A stretch of DNA of 64,000 nucleotides. It comes from Vicugna vicugna. Taxonomy: Eukaryota. Under the pieces are notes generated by a model. It was given only the letters and a program-made list of their open reading frames with translations. It was not told the origin of the DNA and made no database searches. Every line of letters begins with the position of its first letter. Position 1 is the stretch's first letter. A program made the translations under genes and the position numbers. Of this stretch, positions 49,690 through 62,307 are shown piece after piece. The DNA is taken from assembly GCA_013265495.1 (NCBI GenBank), contig MU058213.1:6283149-6347148 (forward strand), given 5' to 3'.

Positions 49690-51150
49690 ATTACCTTCCT
49701 ATTTTTCTGCTCCTCTTCATTGCAAGACTCCTTGAAAGCATCTCTATGGTCATTACGTCTTCATTCCCATCTTTTCCTCAGCGTGCTCAGTTAGAGACTC
49801 TGTCCCCATCACTCCACTGAAACAGCCCTCATCAAGGTCACCAATGGCCTCCATGTTGCCAAATCCATCACTTTCTTCTGGGACATTAACGTCTGAAACT
49901 TTTCAGCAGCCATTGACCCAGCTGACCACTGGGTCAACACTCTCCTGGGAACTCTTCTTTGCCTACTGCGTCACCACACTCTCCTGGTTCTCTTTCAACT
50001 ATACAGGCTCTTCCTTCTCAATCTCCTTTCTGAGTTTTTGGTTCTTGACTCCAGGCATCTGGTTCCTTTTTCTCTAACCAAGGCCTTGGTTCCAGGACCC
50101 ATGCAATCCTCCAGCTGCCTATCTCCCTTAGTTGATCTCATCCGGTCCCATGACTTTAAGTGCCTTCTACATACTAATGCTAATCAAATGGTGTCTTCTG
50201 TTCAAACTCTCCCCCAAAGTTCAGACTCACAGTTCCAGCTGCCACCTTGAAAATCCTTGCTAGAGGTCTAATAGGCATCTCATACTTAACACATCTAAAA
50301 CTGAACTCTTGATTTCTGCCCCTAAACTTGATCCCCCCACAGAACTCTACATCTTATACATGGCATCATAATTTACCCACTTGCTCAGACTGAGAAAACA
50401 ACCACCTTGATTTTCTTTCCGCCATCCCTAACTAGTTCATGACAAGTTTGCTTGACTCTACCTTTACATCATATCCAAGATCAGTCCAATTCTATCTCCA
50501 TCTCCCCTGCCACCATTGAAATCCAACCTGTCATCACACTTCATTACAATATACACAACAACCTTAAAACTAGTTTACCTGCCTTCTCTTGTGCCCTCCT
50601 GTAATTCATTCTCCAGATTCATTCCACCAGAGCAAATCAGATCAGGTTAGTCCCCTGCTTAAAGCTGTCCTTCAGTTCTCATCTCAGATAAAACCCTAAC
50701 TCTTTCCCGTGGCTTTCAAGCTCCTACATACACTGCCCTCTGAGTCCATCCAGTAGCCCCCTCTCTTCCTCTCTTTCTAAGCTTAAGCCGCACCCGCCTC
50801 CTTTTAGCCCCAGACATATCAAGCCCCTTCTTTACTGGCTGTTCCTTCTGCCTAAAATTCTGTTCCCCTTGATCTCCACATAGCTGACTTTAGAACATCC
50901 GGCTGTCAGTTGTACACTGTCTTCTTAGAGAAGTCCATGCTAGTCATCCTTTTTAACTAGCCAACGTGGCTTGTCAGTCCTGGCTTGGTCACTATCCTAT
51001 GGCTCTTTTTATTTTCTCCATCCACCTCATCACTGTCTAAAATTGCTTTGCTTGCTTATTATATAAGCTTAAAATATAAGCTCCATGAGGGTACAGACTA
51101 CACAGTGACTCCTGTATCCCCTATGCCTAAAATAGTGCCCATCACCGTCT
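49690..51150 (+). mobile_element. L2 LINE (RT region to 3' end), degraded
   Basis: CACTCCACTGAAACAGCCCTCATCAAGGTCACCAATGGCCTCCATGTTGCCAAATCC (HSTETALIKVTN motif); TAAGCTCCATGAGGG 3' end. Confidence 0.9.
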
Positions 51151-51159
51151 AGCTTCTCA

Positions 51160-51290
51160 ACAGAGGGGAAAAGTGAGGCTCAGAAAAATTAAATGATGCG
51201 CCCCAAATCATCCAGTTAGTAAGAGATGAAGCCACAATTTGAACCCAAATCTTTTCATTCTGAATTCTGGGGTCCTTCTGTTACGTGATC
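51160..51290 (-). mobile_element. MIR SINE
   Basis: GAAAAGTGAGGCTCAGAAAAATTAAATGA...TTTGAACCCA. Confidence 0.65.
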
Positions 51291-52051
51291 GTTCATGTTG
51301 TGTACATTCAGGAGGAAATTATTTTTATTATCTGAGTTATGGAAAAAGGTCCCCTGGCTTTTTGTTATTCCTAATGCTTATAGAAAGCTAACTAAAATAA
51401 TTTTTTTTTCTTTTTCCTTGCTGTAAAACATTATATTTACACACACACACACACACACATCATACCTTAAATGAATACTCTACAGTATCTGGAAAGTGTT
51501 GCTGTATTAATAAAATAGGCCTTACCTTGACTATTCTATTTTTATTGGGCTAAAACTGACAGGAAAACCATACAGGTTTTTTTGTTTCTGTCAGAAAGTT
51601 ATTAAAATGTATTTGGCACAATTTACTATGCAGTCAATGGGTTTATGTTCTTTTGAACAAAATTGGTTTTTAAATTAGTGTCTTAAGTCCTCTTAAAAAG
51701 GTTTCAGAATGCCGTTCTCAGAGGGAAGAATTGTGGTTTGCTCACCACACATTTTGAAAGTGCCCGATATAGAAATACAGAAATTATGTCCTAGGAAGAA
51801 AGGCAGTAATGAGACTCTTAAATAAATACCCAGAGGATTTTCAAAATAATAGGTACATGTACTTTTGAAATACTTGGTGATTTTTTTTCTTGTAGCTTTG
51901 GATTTTTCTTTTTCTTTTCTTCTTTTTTTTTTTTTTTCCATCAGAGAAATACACGTACCTAGCTTATTAAGTCAAAGATACTGATACTGGTGTTTCTTAA
52001 TGTTTCACTGTTAAATATTATCTGTTGACTTTCCGTGGAAGGTGAGGATTT

Positions 52052-52679
52052 TGTGGGAGCCCACGACTGGGTTAACAAATTGTAACAGACCCCAGCCACT
52101 CCTGGGCTGGTGGCCTGCTTTAACATATCTATAAGAATGTATATTATTCCCCTCTCCCCATGACTTCCTTAAGAAGGTAAACTGTAGGCTCCCAAAGGAG
52201 AGTCTTGGGCTGGAATGATAAACAAGTTATAAAAAGCTGCAGACTCAGAGGTGAAAAGGTTAGCCAATGACAGGTAAGACCCCCAGAGGGGGGCAACCTA
52301 AGACAGGCACAGCCGCCTGAGTCCAAGAAAAATGTTAAAGCAGCCGTTTCTCATACATTCCGCCCTGATAAGCTGTAAGGCTCGCTGATGGCAACACAAA
52401 TATGACTTGCTAAAACCTCGAGGGCCTTCTGACCTTGAGCCAGACCCTACAATCTAAATCCCACCCTGTCTTTCCCTAAATTCCTGCATTCCATCACACA
52501 ATGGTCAGTGATTTTTCCTCTGATTGTAGACAATAAACGTGGGAGCAATTGAGAGGCTTGGGGAGTTGGCTCCCGACTGCCTCTCCCTCTCTTGACTTTT
52601 TCCACAGAGTCTTGAGTGATTCATTCCGTTTTGGTGGGACTTCTGCTGGCCAGAACCCACGACTGGTGACGAACCCACA
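52052..52679 (+). mobile_element. ERV2 (betaretrovirus-like) solo LTR
   Basis: Termini TGTGGG...CCCACA, perfect 6-bp TSD GGATTT (52046-52051, 52680-52685), internal CCAAT and AATAAA. Confidence 0.85.
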
Positions 52680-53490
52680 GGATTTAGCTTTCTTAGAGGC
52701 CTCAGTCTACCTTCTGCCCCATGAACTTCTCTTCCAATCTTCCCAATATGGTGATGTAACAATTTTTGATTAAACTAGTAGTAACAATTTTTTATTAAAC
52801 TTGCAATGTTTACATAATGTCTGCTGTTCGCAGCTAAGCTATGTATAACTGCACAATTTTCTTCTTCTAGGCATTAACAATTGCCTTTTTTTGGTCATTG
52901 GTTTAGTTCTTCTTAGACTTCTCACTAACTCATCTACAAACTTTTGGATAGAACTATAACTCCTTTCACTATGGTACCAACATATTAGGCAATCTGTTTC
53001 TCTCTCTCTGTGTCTCTCTCTCTCTCTTTCCTTCTTGCCTCAGTTGGCCCGGGTTGCTCTCCCTAAGACCTGCTGGACATCAGTCCTGAGATTACTTTTA
53101 TCATATTTCTAAGAATTCTCTTTGCTACTGTCTTAGAATGGATCCTCCACTTTCTGGGCCCACGCCTATTTCTTTTTGGTTTACATTTCTCAGTAAATTC
53201 CTGAGAAAATGTGCAGATGGGATTCCTTTTTGGGGGGAAGTAGCATATACGAAAATGTCTTTATTTTGCCCTCAGACTCAATGGATAGTTTAGCTGGATG
53301 TAGAATTCCAGAATGGAAATAAATAAATTCAGAATTCTAAAGATAGTGATCTTGCTTCCAGTGTTACTACTGAGAAATCTGATGTCATTCTGGCTCCTGA
53401 TTCTCCATATGTGATATACTTACAGCCAGAAGATTTTAAGATCTTCTCTTTATCTCTAGTGCTCTGAAATTTCAAAATGAATTACCTTGG

Positions 53491-53929
53491 AGCTGACAAC
53501 ATAACGCCATTTGCAGCAACATGGATGTCCCTGAAGAATGTCATTCTAAGTGAAGTAAGCCAGAAAGAGAAAGAAAAATACCATATGAGATCGCTCATAT
53601 GTGGAATCTAAAAAAGAAAAGAACATAAATACAAAACAGAAACAGACTCATTGACATAGAATAAAACTTGTGGTTGCCAAGGGGGCGGGGGGTGGGAAGG
53701 GACAGACTGGGAGTTCAAAATTTGTAGATACTGACAGGCATATGTAGAATAAATAAACAAGATTATACTGTACAGCACAGGGAAATATATACAAGATCTT
53801 GTGGTAGCTCACAGAGAAAAAAATGTGACAATGAATATATGTGTTCATGTATAACAGAAAGATTGTGCTCTACACTGGAATTTGACACAACATTGTAAAA
53901 TGACTATAACTCAATAAAAAATGTTTTAA
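53491..53929 (+). mobile_element. Lineage-specific L1 3' end
   Basis: GCCATTTGCAGCAACATGGATG...CTCAATAAAAA; perfect 17-bp TSD AAAATGAATTACCTTGG. Confidence 0.95.
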
Positions 53930-55379
53930 AAAATGAATTACCTTGGTTGGAGTCTTTGTTTACTCATGGTGCCGAGTACTTGGTTCTGTTCAGTCTAAAT
54001 ACTCATGTCTTTCAGTTGCAGGAAGTTTTCTTGAATGATTTCTGTGACTTCAGAGGTCTTACTATGGGCAGTTGTATTTGTTGTCCTGTCATTCAGTGTT
54101 GCTCAAAAAAATGCCTATGTTGAAGTTTTTAAAGCTTTATTTATAATTTTTTCTCTTTAAACGTAATGAAAGGGAAGCTGATACCAGCTGTGAAAATTTT
54201 TCTATAACTATTGTTATTATTTTCTCCCCTTGGAAAAAAGGGGAGATGCTTCCTTAAAAAGAGAAATGCCAAACTGATTCTATGAAGGTTAGATACTGGA
54301 TATGCTTATGTTTTAAACTTACAGTGAATTAGCATGAATTCTGTATTTGTCACTGTAACCTATCCAAAAAAAGATGTTCTGACTTTTGAGTACTGAAATT
54401 ACCAAAATAAAATAGTCAAACCAATATTAATTAGCTGTTTACTTTTCTGACTAGATTTGGGAGAATATAAGCCAGGAAAAGCTCAGCCCTAACTTCTGAT
54501 GTAAGAGACTCGGGCCAAGATACTAGTCAGGAATGCGCCACGTCCACTTCTGATGCTTAGAACAGGGTAGGCAGGTGGAGAAAAGAACCTCAGAGGGTAG
54601 AACCCAGGTCAGGTGGTGGTACGGTTAGGGAAGTAAAAGTCTTCCTTGTTCTGGTGACGCTTTAAAATCCTACTTTACTGTTCAGGAGATTCAACCAAAC
54701 AGCCGAAAGCAGGGACCAGGTAATTATCTGGCGTTCTTGGCGGTGAGGGTAGTCACTGATTCTTCAGTCATCACTGGCTACATTCATCCTTAGAGATGTC
54801 CATTGTGAGCAGAATGACTTCAACGGGCCGTGGGAGGAAGGAGGATGGGCTGGTGATGCCATCCGCACCTTGCCCACAGCACCAAATACATAGGCTTCTT
54901 TCCCTTTTGAAGAGCCTGGGTGGGTACTTTGGTTGAATCATACAGGTGGGGCAGGAAGGATTCAGATAAATAAGATAGAAGCCAAAATATGACAATCTCA
55001 CTCATTGTTCTTAGAGAAAAGGGACTTTGGAATTTGTGTCAGCTGCAGCCGAAAAAGATCGAGGATGTTGGGACCTGTACGTCCATTTGACTAGGACGTT
55101 AATAACTTCATCCAAGGGAAAGAGATGGCTTGGGGTGTGGCTGACGCCAGAAGGACACTTAGACTTGTTCCAAGACAAGCAACGTCAGTAATAGTGTGAG
55201 GAGTGAGTCAGCCAGATTAATTACCAAATTCTGTCTGCATGTGTAAGATAAAGCAGTTGAGCCAATATTAATTAGTCCTCCACTCTTCTGATTGGCTCCT
55301 GGGAGAAAATAGCAATAATAAAATTTATATGATATTAGATATAATAAATAAAATAGTAACTAAAATGGTATTGTAAATT

Positions 55380-55520
55380 TTTTTACGTAAGTTAGTGCCT
55401 TTGAACTCCATGAGAACCCAATGAAGTAGGCACTACATTACCCCCATTTTACAGATGATGAAAGTGAGTCAAAGAGTGGTTAAGTAACTAGCCTAAGTAC
55501 ATGCCAATAGTTTGCAGCTT
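55380..55520 (-). mobile_element. MIR SINE
   Basis: CCCCCATTTTACAGATGATGAAAGTGAG...GGTTAAGTAACT. Confidence 0.75.
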
Positions 55521-55770
55521 CAAGAACCTGTCAGATTTACAATTTATGATTCTAAGGGGAAGAGAAATTTATTTCCTGAGTTTATAGTGATAAAAATCTA
55601 CTGCATGACTATGGTTGGGGGGCGGGCTATGGCTCCTGATAGAAAATTCTGAAACTTATTCACATTGCCTTGGGAAATCTGCTATAAGTACATGAAAACA
55701 AGGTGTATCCAACTGCTGGAGAGGAAACAAAGGATTATACTTGATATTTCTTTTTTAAGAGCAACTGTAT

Positions 55771-55778
55771 GAAAATGA

Positions 55779-55818
<40 letters not shown>

Positions 55819-55878
55819 CTGGGACATTGTGCTGTGCACCAGAAATTGACATTGTAACTGAATATACTTCAGTAAAAA
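55771..55878 (+). mobile_element. Very short L1 3' end containing a (CA)n microsatellite
   Basis: ACTGGGACATTGTGCTGTGCACCAGAAATTGAC; TSD AAGARCAACTGYAT. Confidence 0.85.
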
Positions 55879-56425
55879 AAGAACAACTGCATAATATTAA
55901 TTTCAATGTATGTTGAATGTATATTGTCTATTAATTAAGACTTTAAATATCACTCTGTATACCTTTTGCTAGCAAGCATGCACTCATAAAGAACTTACTT
56001 CAGTTTTATTATTTAAGAAGATGCTCAAATCCCAAAACAGTTTTGGCTCTGTCTAATTCAGACTAAAGATTCTTTTATCAGGTTTATGTGGAAAATTACA
56101 CTAAACCTTCACTCTTTGCCAGCATCGACCTGGGTGAAGGTGTAAGAAATCAGATAGAGAGTTAAAATTAATTTGCTCTCCCCAAAGTAAAATCTTTTAT
56201 ATGTTACTATTCATATTCTTTGATATGTGCAGTCCTGCGGGGAAGGAAACAACGTTTATTCAGGTCACACTACGCTGCACACTTCACCCACTGAATAGGC
56301 CTGTGATATGTTTTTCCATCCTAGTCTCATGCAGTCATCGGAAGGTGGCACCAGAAGTGCCCAGGTTCAAATTCCACCATACTACAAAACTAGTACTTAC
56401 ATTTTACACTACACATGTCATCACT

Positions 56426-56565
56426 GTTTTTTTTTATTTATTTTATTTTGGCGGCGGAAAGTAGTTAAGTTTACCTATTTATTTTCAGAGGAGGTACTGA
56501 GGATTGAACCCAGAACCTTGTGTATGCTAAGCATGCGCTCTACCACTGAGTTACAGCCTCCCCCT
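56426..56565 (-). mobile_element. tRNA-Ala-derived camelid SINE (Vic-1 type)
   Basis: GGAGGTACTGAGGATTGAACCCAGAACCTTGTGTATGCTAAGCATGCGCTCTACCACTGAG. Confidence 0.9.
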
Positions 56566-56929
56566 CTCATGTCTTTATTCTTACATGAAATCTAACCATG
56601 GCCAATGGCACAAAAAGTCATTGTCATATTTCAAATATGAGAACGTCAACGACCAACATCTGAAAACCCCACGTAGTAATCAAGATTGTGAACAATTCAT
56701 TTATTGATCTACCAGCCCTGTCAAATATCTCTTCATGATGAAAGTTTGTCTGTTAGAAATCTGCTTATTTACAAACCCTCATGGGACTCTTCCTAGCTAT
56801 CCGCTATACATCAGACACAGTAACTGCCTTTTCACACTTTACTCATATCTGCCGAGATCTGAATTATGGATGAATGATCCAATACCTCCATGCAAATGGA
56901 GCTTCCATAGTCTTTACCTGTGTATTCCT

Positions 56930-57070
56930 TCAGTCTAGTGCTGAACAGCTGTGGGGCTTGGACAAGCTATAGTAATGTCTCTAAACCTCAGTTTTACTCA
57001 CAGACTGTTGTAAGGAATAAATTAAATGCTGTAATATGTAAAGCATGTAGCCTTGGGCCTGACACATAAA
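56930..57070 (+). mobile_element. MIR SINE
   Basis: GCTGTGGGGCTTGGACAAG...TCTCTAAACCTCAGTTT...TATGTAAAGCA. Confidence 0.65.
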
Positions 57071-57088
57071 CATCGGCTCTCACAGCAC

Positions 57089-57316
57089 CAGGGCCAGGGT
57101 CAAGGTGAGGCGAATAAGGCACTCAAGTGCAAAATTTCAGGGGGTGCCTAAAAACTCAGTAGTAAAGCTAAATAATGCTTTAATGCAATACTGTTAAAAA
57201 TCAAAATTAATGCAAAAAATCCAGGATGAATAAAATATCCAAATTTTCAGTAAGGACAGGAGCAATAGTCCTGATTTTTTCTTCGCCTTGCTCGAGTGTG
57301 GCCTCGCATGGCACCG
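57089..57316. mobile_element. MER96B-like hAT element
   Basis: CAGGGCCAGGGTCAAGGTGAGGCGA...TGCAAAATTT...AAAAACTCAGTA...AAAAATCAAAATTAATGCAAAAAATCCA. Confidence 0.7.
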
Positions 57317-57681
57317 TGCGACGTGTACGTGGTGTGTATTGTCATGCGTGGGTTTTACCATTTCTTCTTTGTTGTTGAACCCAAATGAAATTTTTTAAAT
57401 TCTCTGACCTGTGCGGGTCACTGTCCAGCAATGTGTGACTTGGTGGGTAGCTGAAACAAACCATCAGCTTCTGTGGGGTCCCGCTGGTCAGTACACGGTA
57501 ACTGGACACGAATGTTTGCTCAGCTAAACTGAACTGAGCTATTGGAGGATGAAACTCCAGAACCACTTAAAGTCTGTACAGTACCTATTTGGCCTATTTT
57601 CTGAAAATTATTGGAAAGAAACATTTTCCAAAATCAAAGTGCAATGGAATTTTTCTATGATGCTCCTTCTGTCACTGAACT

Positions 57682-57968
57682 ATTTTTTTAAATTATTGAA
57701 GTATAGTCAGTTTATAATGCTATATCAATTTCTGGTGCCCAGCTTAATGTTTTAGTCATACATACACATACGTGTATTTGTTTTCATATTCTTTTTCATT
57801 ATAGGTTACTACAAGATATTGAATATAGGTCCCTGTGCTAAACAGTAGAAACTTGTGGTTTATCTATTTTATATATAGTAGTTAGTGTCTGCAAATTTAT
57901 CCCTTCCCACCCCCTTTCCCCTCTAGTAACCATAGGTTTATTTTCCATGTCTGTGAGTCTGTTTCTGT
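57682..57968 (-). mobile_element. L1 3' end
   Basis: TTGAAGTATAGTCAGTTTATAATG...TACAAGATATTGAATATAG...GTGAGTCTGTTTCTG. Confidence 0.9.
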
Positions 57969-58576
57969 GAAGTGGGTTTTGGATGAAGCAGTTTTATTAT
58001 AAAGTTATTCTAGAACTTGTGAGCAGTGTCATGTTAAGTCTCAGTTGTATGGACAAGCCATAGCACCACACCACCACACACCCAGGCTTCCTCTGTCCTC
58101 CTATGTACATCAGCAGTCATCCAAGTTAAGGCACAGATGACACTTCCTAGGTTAGCACTGCTGGGGAGAATCTTCCAATATTTTATGCTTCCCTGCTGGT
58201 TGTGCCTTAATTATAATTACTTTAAAAAATCCTTGTGAGATGGATAGACACCAACAAATTCATAAGCAAAACACAATATTTGAGGGAATTAGTCAACACA
58301 AGGAGGGAAATTTTTAACAGAAACAGATAAGTCAATTACAGTTCACTCAAAACATATGAAAAATCCATTATGTTTACTTACAAAAGAGAAAAACAAGGGA
58401 CTTCCATGACTTGAAGATGTTACTCTTACCAACAAAGAAAAACCATGAAGAATAACATGTATTATGCTAACCTGTTGTTAATGCAAGTTTTTAATTGGTT
58501 ATTTAGAGAATAATGTCCCAAGGTCTGAGCCCCATCTTTGTTCAATGTGAGATGTTTCTTATTTGATGAAAGATTT

Positions 58577-58930
58577 CTTTCTTTCTTTCTTTTTTAATGA
58601 AAGTATAGTCAGTTTACAATGTTGTGTCAATTTCTGGTATACAGCATAATGTTTCCATCTTGCATACTCATGCATATGTTCCTTTTCATATTCTTTGTCA
58701 TTATAGGTTAGTACAAGATATTGAATATAGTTCCCTGTGCTGTACAGTAGAAACTTGTTTCCGTCCAGTTTTGTGAGGATTTTCCTTGTAGTTCTGACAG
58801 TAAGAGATAGTCTGCCAAAGTTCAGTAGGTACTTTGTGTGAATTGTTCTGTTTGTAGGCGTAGCTTTTGTTGTATTCGTGGAGGGTGAACACAGCATCGA
58901 TCTACCCTGCCATCTTGGCAATCCCCTCAC
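58577..58930 (-). mobile_element. Bipartite L1-derived retroposon: ~165 bp of L1 extreme 5' end joined to ~185 bp of L1 3' end
   Basis: Minus strand begins GGGGATTGCCAAGATGGCAGGGTAG (YY1-type L1 start), switches to L1 3'UTR at ~58762, ends in an A-rich tail; TSD TGATGARAGATTT. Confidence 0.75.
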
Positions 58931-59764
58931 TGATGAGAGATTTTTAAAAAGGAAATGGATATGGTGATGATGAAATTAGAGGCAGAATTTAGATTGAGCT
59001 GGTCAGTGCAGAATGATGTATTATGCTCTTCATTTCTTCACAACTCAAACAGTACATATAAATGCAGACTGTTTTCTCCTATCTTGAAAATGTTCACTCA
59101 GCACTAAAAACTTCTCTATTGACCTTGTTTTGCCCCATTCCTGCACTGCCAGTCTTCTCTAGAGAGTGACCCACACCTGCTCTTGCATTTTTCTGGCACC
59201 CAGTCTTTCTTAACCCACAGCAGTCTGATAACTCAAAAACACCCATGAAGCTCACCAGCGATCTTCTATTCACCAAATTTTCTTGACTTCTTTGGGACTT
59301 GTCACCTTGCAACTTTCCACCTGGGGCTCCTCAGATGTTATCCCTAATGTTTCTGGTTCTTCCTCATTGTTCCCTTTGTGGGGAACCGCTTCCTATTTCT
59401 GGTTCTTGTATATGACCACTCCTCGTGGGTTGATCTTTGATGCTCTGTTATTGGTAAGGAAGACTGTAGATCTTAACACTCCACTGAGTTACAAGCTTGG
59501 GTTGAGAATTGCTGAATACAAAATAAAATGCTAACTCACAATCATCCTGCAGGGCTTAGCACAGTCTCAGCCTAACTGCTTTCCAGCCTTTTTACAAATA
59601 CCACTTTTGATCTACACAATCCCTTCACCTTGACCTAGGTAAGCCTGCCTGTTGGCCTCAGAGATACCCTGTACATCATATGTTCATGGCTATTGGTGGT
59701 GCCGAGACACCACCAACGACTAGAACTCAGCTGTGCCATAAATCACTGTAAAAAAAATTCCCAG

Positions 59765-59915
59765 GGTGGGGTGGAGGGAGTACAGCTCAGTGGCAGGGTG
59801 CATGCCTCACAGGCAGGAGGTCCTGGGTTCAATCCTCAGTACGTCCATTAAAATCAATCAATCAATCAATCAATCAAATTACCTCTCCCAAAATTTTTTT
59901 AAAAAATTAAAAAAA
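59765..59915 (+). mobile_element. tRNA-Ala-derived camelid SINE (Vic-1 type)
   Basis: TACAGCTCAGTGGCAGGGTGCATG...GGTCCTGGGTTCAATCC + (AATC)n tail. Confidence 0.88.
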
Positions 59916-61129
59916 AACTCCACAGTGTCTAGCACAATATACTGCACCAATTATTTGTATTTAATGACTGGTTGGCAAATAGTATTGCCAACCATCAAGT
60001 TTATAAAATTGCTCTCTTTGATGAAACTTATTTTGGTCATCTTTGCCAATATAAAGTAATCTGTGATAAATCATAGATTTTTAATTAAAGTAATGCAAAA
60101 AAAATCCATTTTCTGTAGTGAGTCACAATCCAACAATTCTGGAAAAACAGATAGTTCTTTCAAATTTATCATACAGAAATAGTTTGAGTTGGAAAAAAAG
60201 GAGGCTTAAATCATTGTGCAGTAAATTTTGTCTCCTCAGGATTCAAAACATGTCACATGAACGGGGACAAAAAAGGTCAGAAGTGGGAAGTCGTGGGTCT
60301 AATTTAAGGCTACTGTGAAACTTCAGGATTCCTATTGAAGAATTCAGAATTTGAAAGCTCTACTATTATTTGTCTTCCTATTAATGAAGCTTGTAAAATT
60401 CTGGATTCTGTTCATGTTAATTGATATGATTTTTAAAAAAGAAATCACAGCCAGCTGGAAAAAAATGGTGTATTTCTATGTAGCAAGGGCCCCTCACTTA
60501 CCACGCCCTCTTCTTCTCTACCCTTGAGAGTGATGGAGTCTTGTCGCAGGTACAGCACAAAGTTACGCTTTGAAGCAGCAGAGGTAACAGGAGGGAGTTT
60601 CCTTTATTGTATGGATGCTCTACTCTAAGGATTATAAGGATCACTGCCACTCTCCTAGGAAGCCAGGAATGGGTGCCCTGCAGCCTCTGAATCAAGGGTG
60701 TGGCAGGATGGGGTCGGGAACAGGGAAGAGAGTGGAATTGTAAGCAGGGAGGGGCAGTGAGGCAGAGGGGACTTTCATGTGCCCATCTGAGACGCACACT
60801 TTACACACTAGAAGGCAGTCCAGTGGGGACCTGAGAGAAACATTTTCAGCCTTTCTTGGGACTCTTGATGATGGGCTCTGGGTTTGAATGAGTACTTTCC
60901 GGGAAGACCTGCACATCCTTCCAGACATAGCGGTGAGTTATGTATGTTTCAAATATATTTTCAGTGGCAGAAAGTCAGGGAAACTGAATGATCCTGTTAT
61001 CACCATGACATAAGATTCAATTCAATCTGTATTTACTGAGTGCATACCATGTGCCAGGCAGTGGGAATCTAAGGGAGAAAAGGAAAGACGAATCGATGAG
61101 TTAAAAGGATACTCTTAGGTGAGAGCGCC

Positions 61130-61330
61130 ACACCACAGCTCTCAAGGTCATGCACTTTCCTTATCACAATAACAGTCTCCTCCGTGTCTGTGGTTCTTTG
61201 ATTGATGTGTCTCAGGCTGTAAGCTCTCTGAGAGCAGAGACACGTGTCTTTTTCTTCTTCACATCGTGTATTAGCGCTAAGCACAGTTTCTAGCGTTTGA
61301 CAGGCATCCAATAAACATTGTTCATTGAAC
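61130..61330 (+). mobile_element. L2 3' end
   Basis: CTGTAAGCTCTCTGAGAGCAGAGAC...GCACAGTTTCTAGC...CAATAAACATTG. Confidence 0.7.
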
Positions 61331-62279
61331 GTTACGGATGCATTAACCCTTCGTGGGGGCGTCATCCCGTTGTACAGGTAAGGAAACACAATATCCAAGA
61401 CCACACAGAAGTAACTGCTGGAGGGAGGATTGCAGAACAGCTCAGCCTGACTCCACAGCCCAGGGTCTTTCTACCAAATCATGCTCCTTTCCCTGGGTTG
61501 GAGAGGGTGCAGCCGGTCGGGGAGGGGAACACCTGTAGTGAGTAAATACTAGCGACACGAAAGAGGTATGACCCCGAGGCGGCGAGGCGGGCATAGGTGG
61601 GGGGTCCCTCTCTCTGCTTAAATCCCGCCCACGGAGAGGAAGCAAAATTCTGAGTGGATCGGCTTGTGCATCCTGCTCAGAATCCAAATTGAGAGGAAGG
61701 TGTAAAGAGTCAGGACTCCCTGGAAGAAGGATGAGGCAGAAGGGAGGAGGAAGGAGGGTGGTAGCAGTTCTTTCTTGCGTCGTGTCTGCTGCCTTGAGAC
61801 ACGACCCTTGGCCCCAGTGGCGGGTGCCAGGGTGATACATTCGTTGACACTTGGCCGCCTCGAGGGTTAGTTTCCCTGCACACGTGGGGCGTCAACGCGC
61901 AAGCTGTTTCCCAGACAGTGGCTTCAAAAAATAACTTCTCCCCAGTTAGGAAGCGGGTGGGGAAGGATAACGCTTTCCGTGGGAAAGAGGTTTGGCAAAT
62001 AAGGGATGTGAGGGTTCTGAAGAGAATTACAGCGCAGCCACCGTGGCTATTACTTAATCAGGCACCATTTCAACACCTCTCCCTTCGAGTCAGCCAGCCC
62101 TACAGCGGGATTTATTTTCCAGTAAGCGAAATCCCCGCCCGCCGACTCCGAGCCGCTGGGCTTGGAGCTGGGTGGGAAACGGCAGCGGGAGGAGAGGCTA
62201 TTTTGGGTGTGGGAACGCGGGGGGAGGAGGGGCGGCGCCGCGGGGCTGGGCGCGGGCGCGGGGAAAGCCTCCAGCTCGG

Positions 62280-62307
62280 GCTGCCACGGCAACCGCGTCC
62301 AGGCAAC
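62280..62307 (+). promoter_or_regulatory. Tandem RFX X-box motifs
   Basis: GCTGCCACGGCAAC (12/14 to GTTGCCATGGCAAC) followed by GCGTCCAGGCAAC. Confidence 0.7.

Larger units (their letters stand above)
51930..54050 (-). mobile_element. Old L1ME/HAL1-type fragment hosting the ERV2 LTR and a younger L1
   Basis: GAAAATGTCTTTATTTTGCCCTC...GATAGTTTAGCTGGATGTAGAATTC...GAGAAATCTGATGTCATTCTG. Confidence 0.55.

Noticed and set aside
2056..59915. tRNA-Ala genes (ten tRNA-like sequences)
   Set aside because: All share a SINE tail, most have TSDs, and they carry stem mismatches, so they are SINEs
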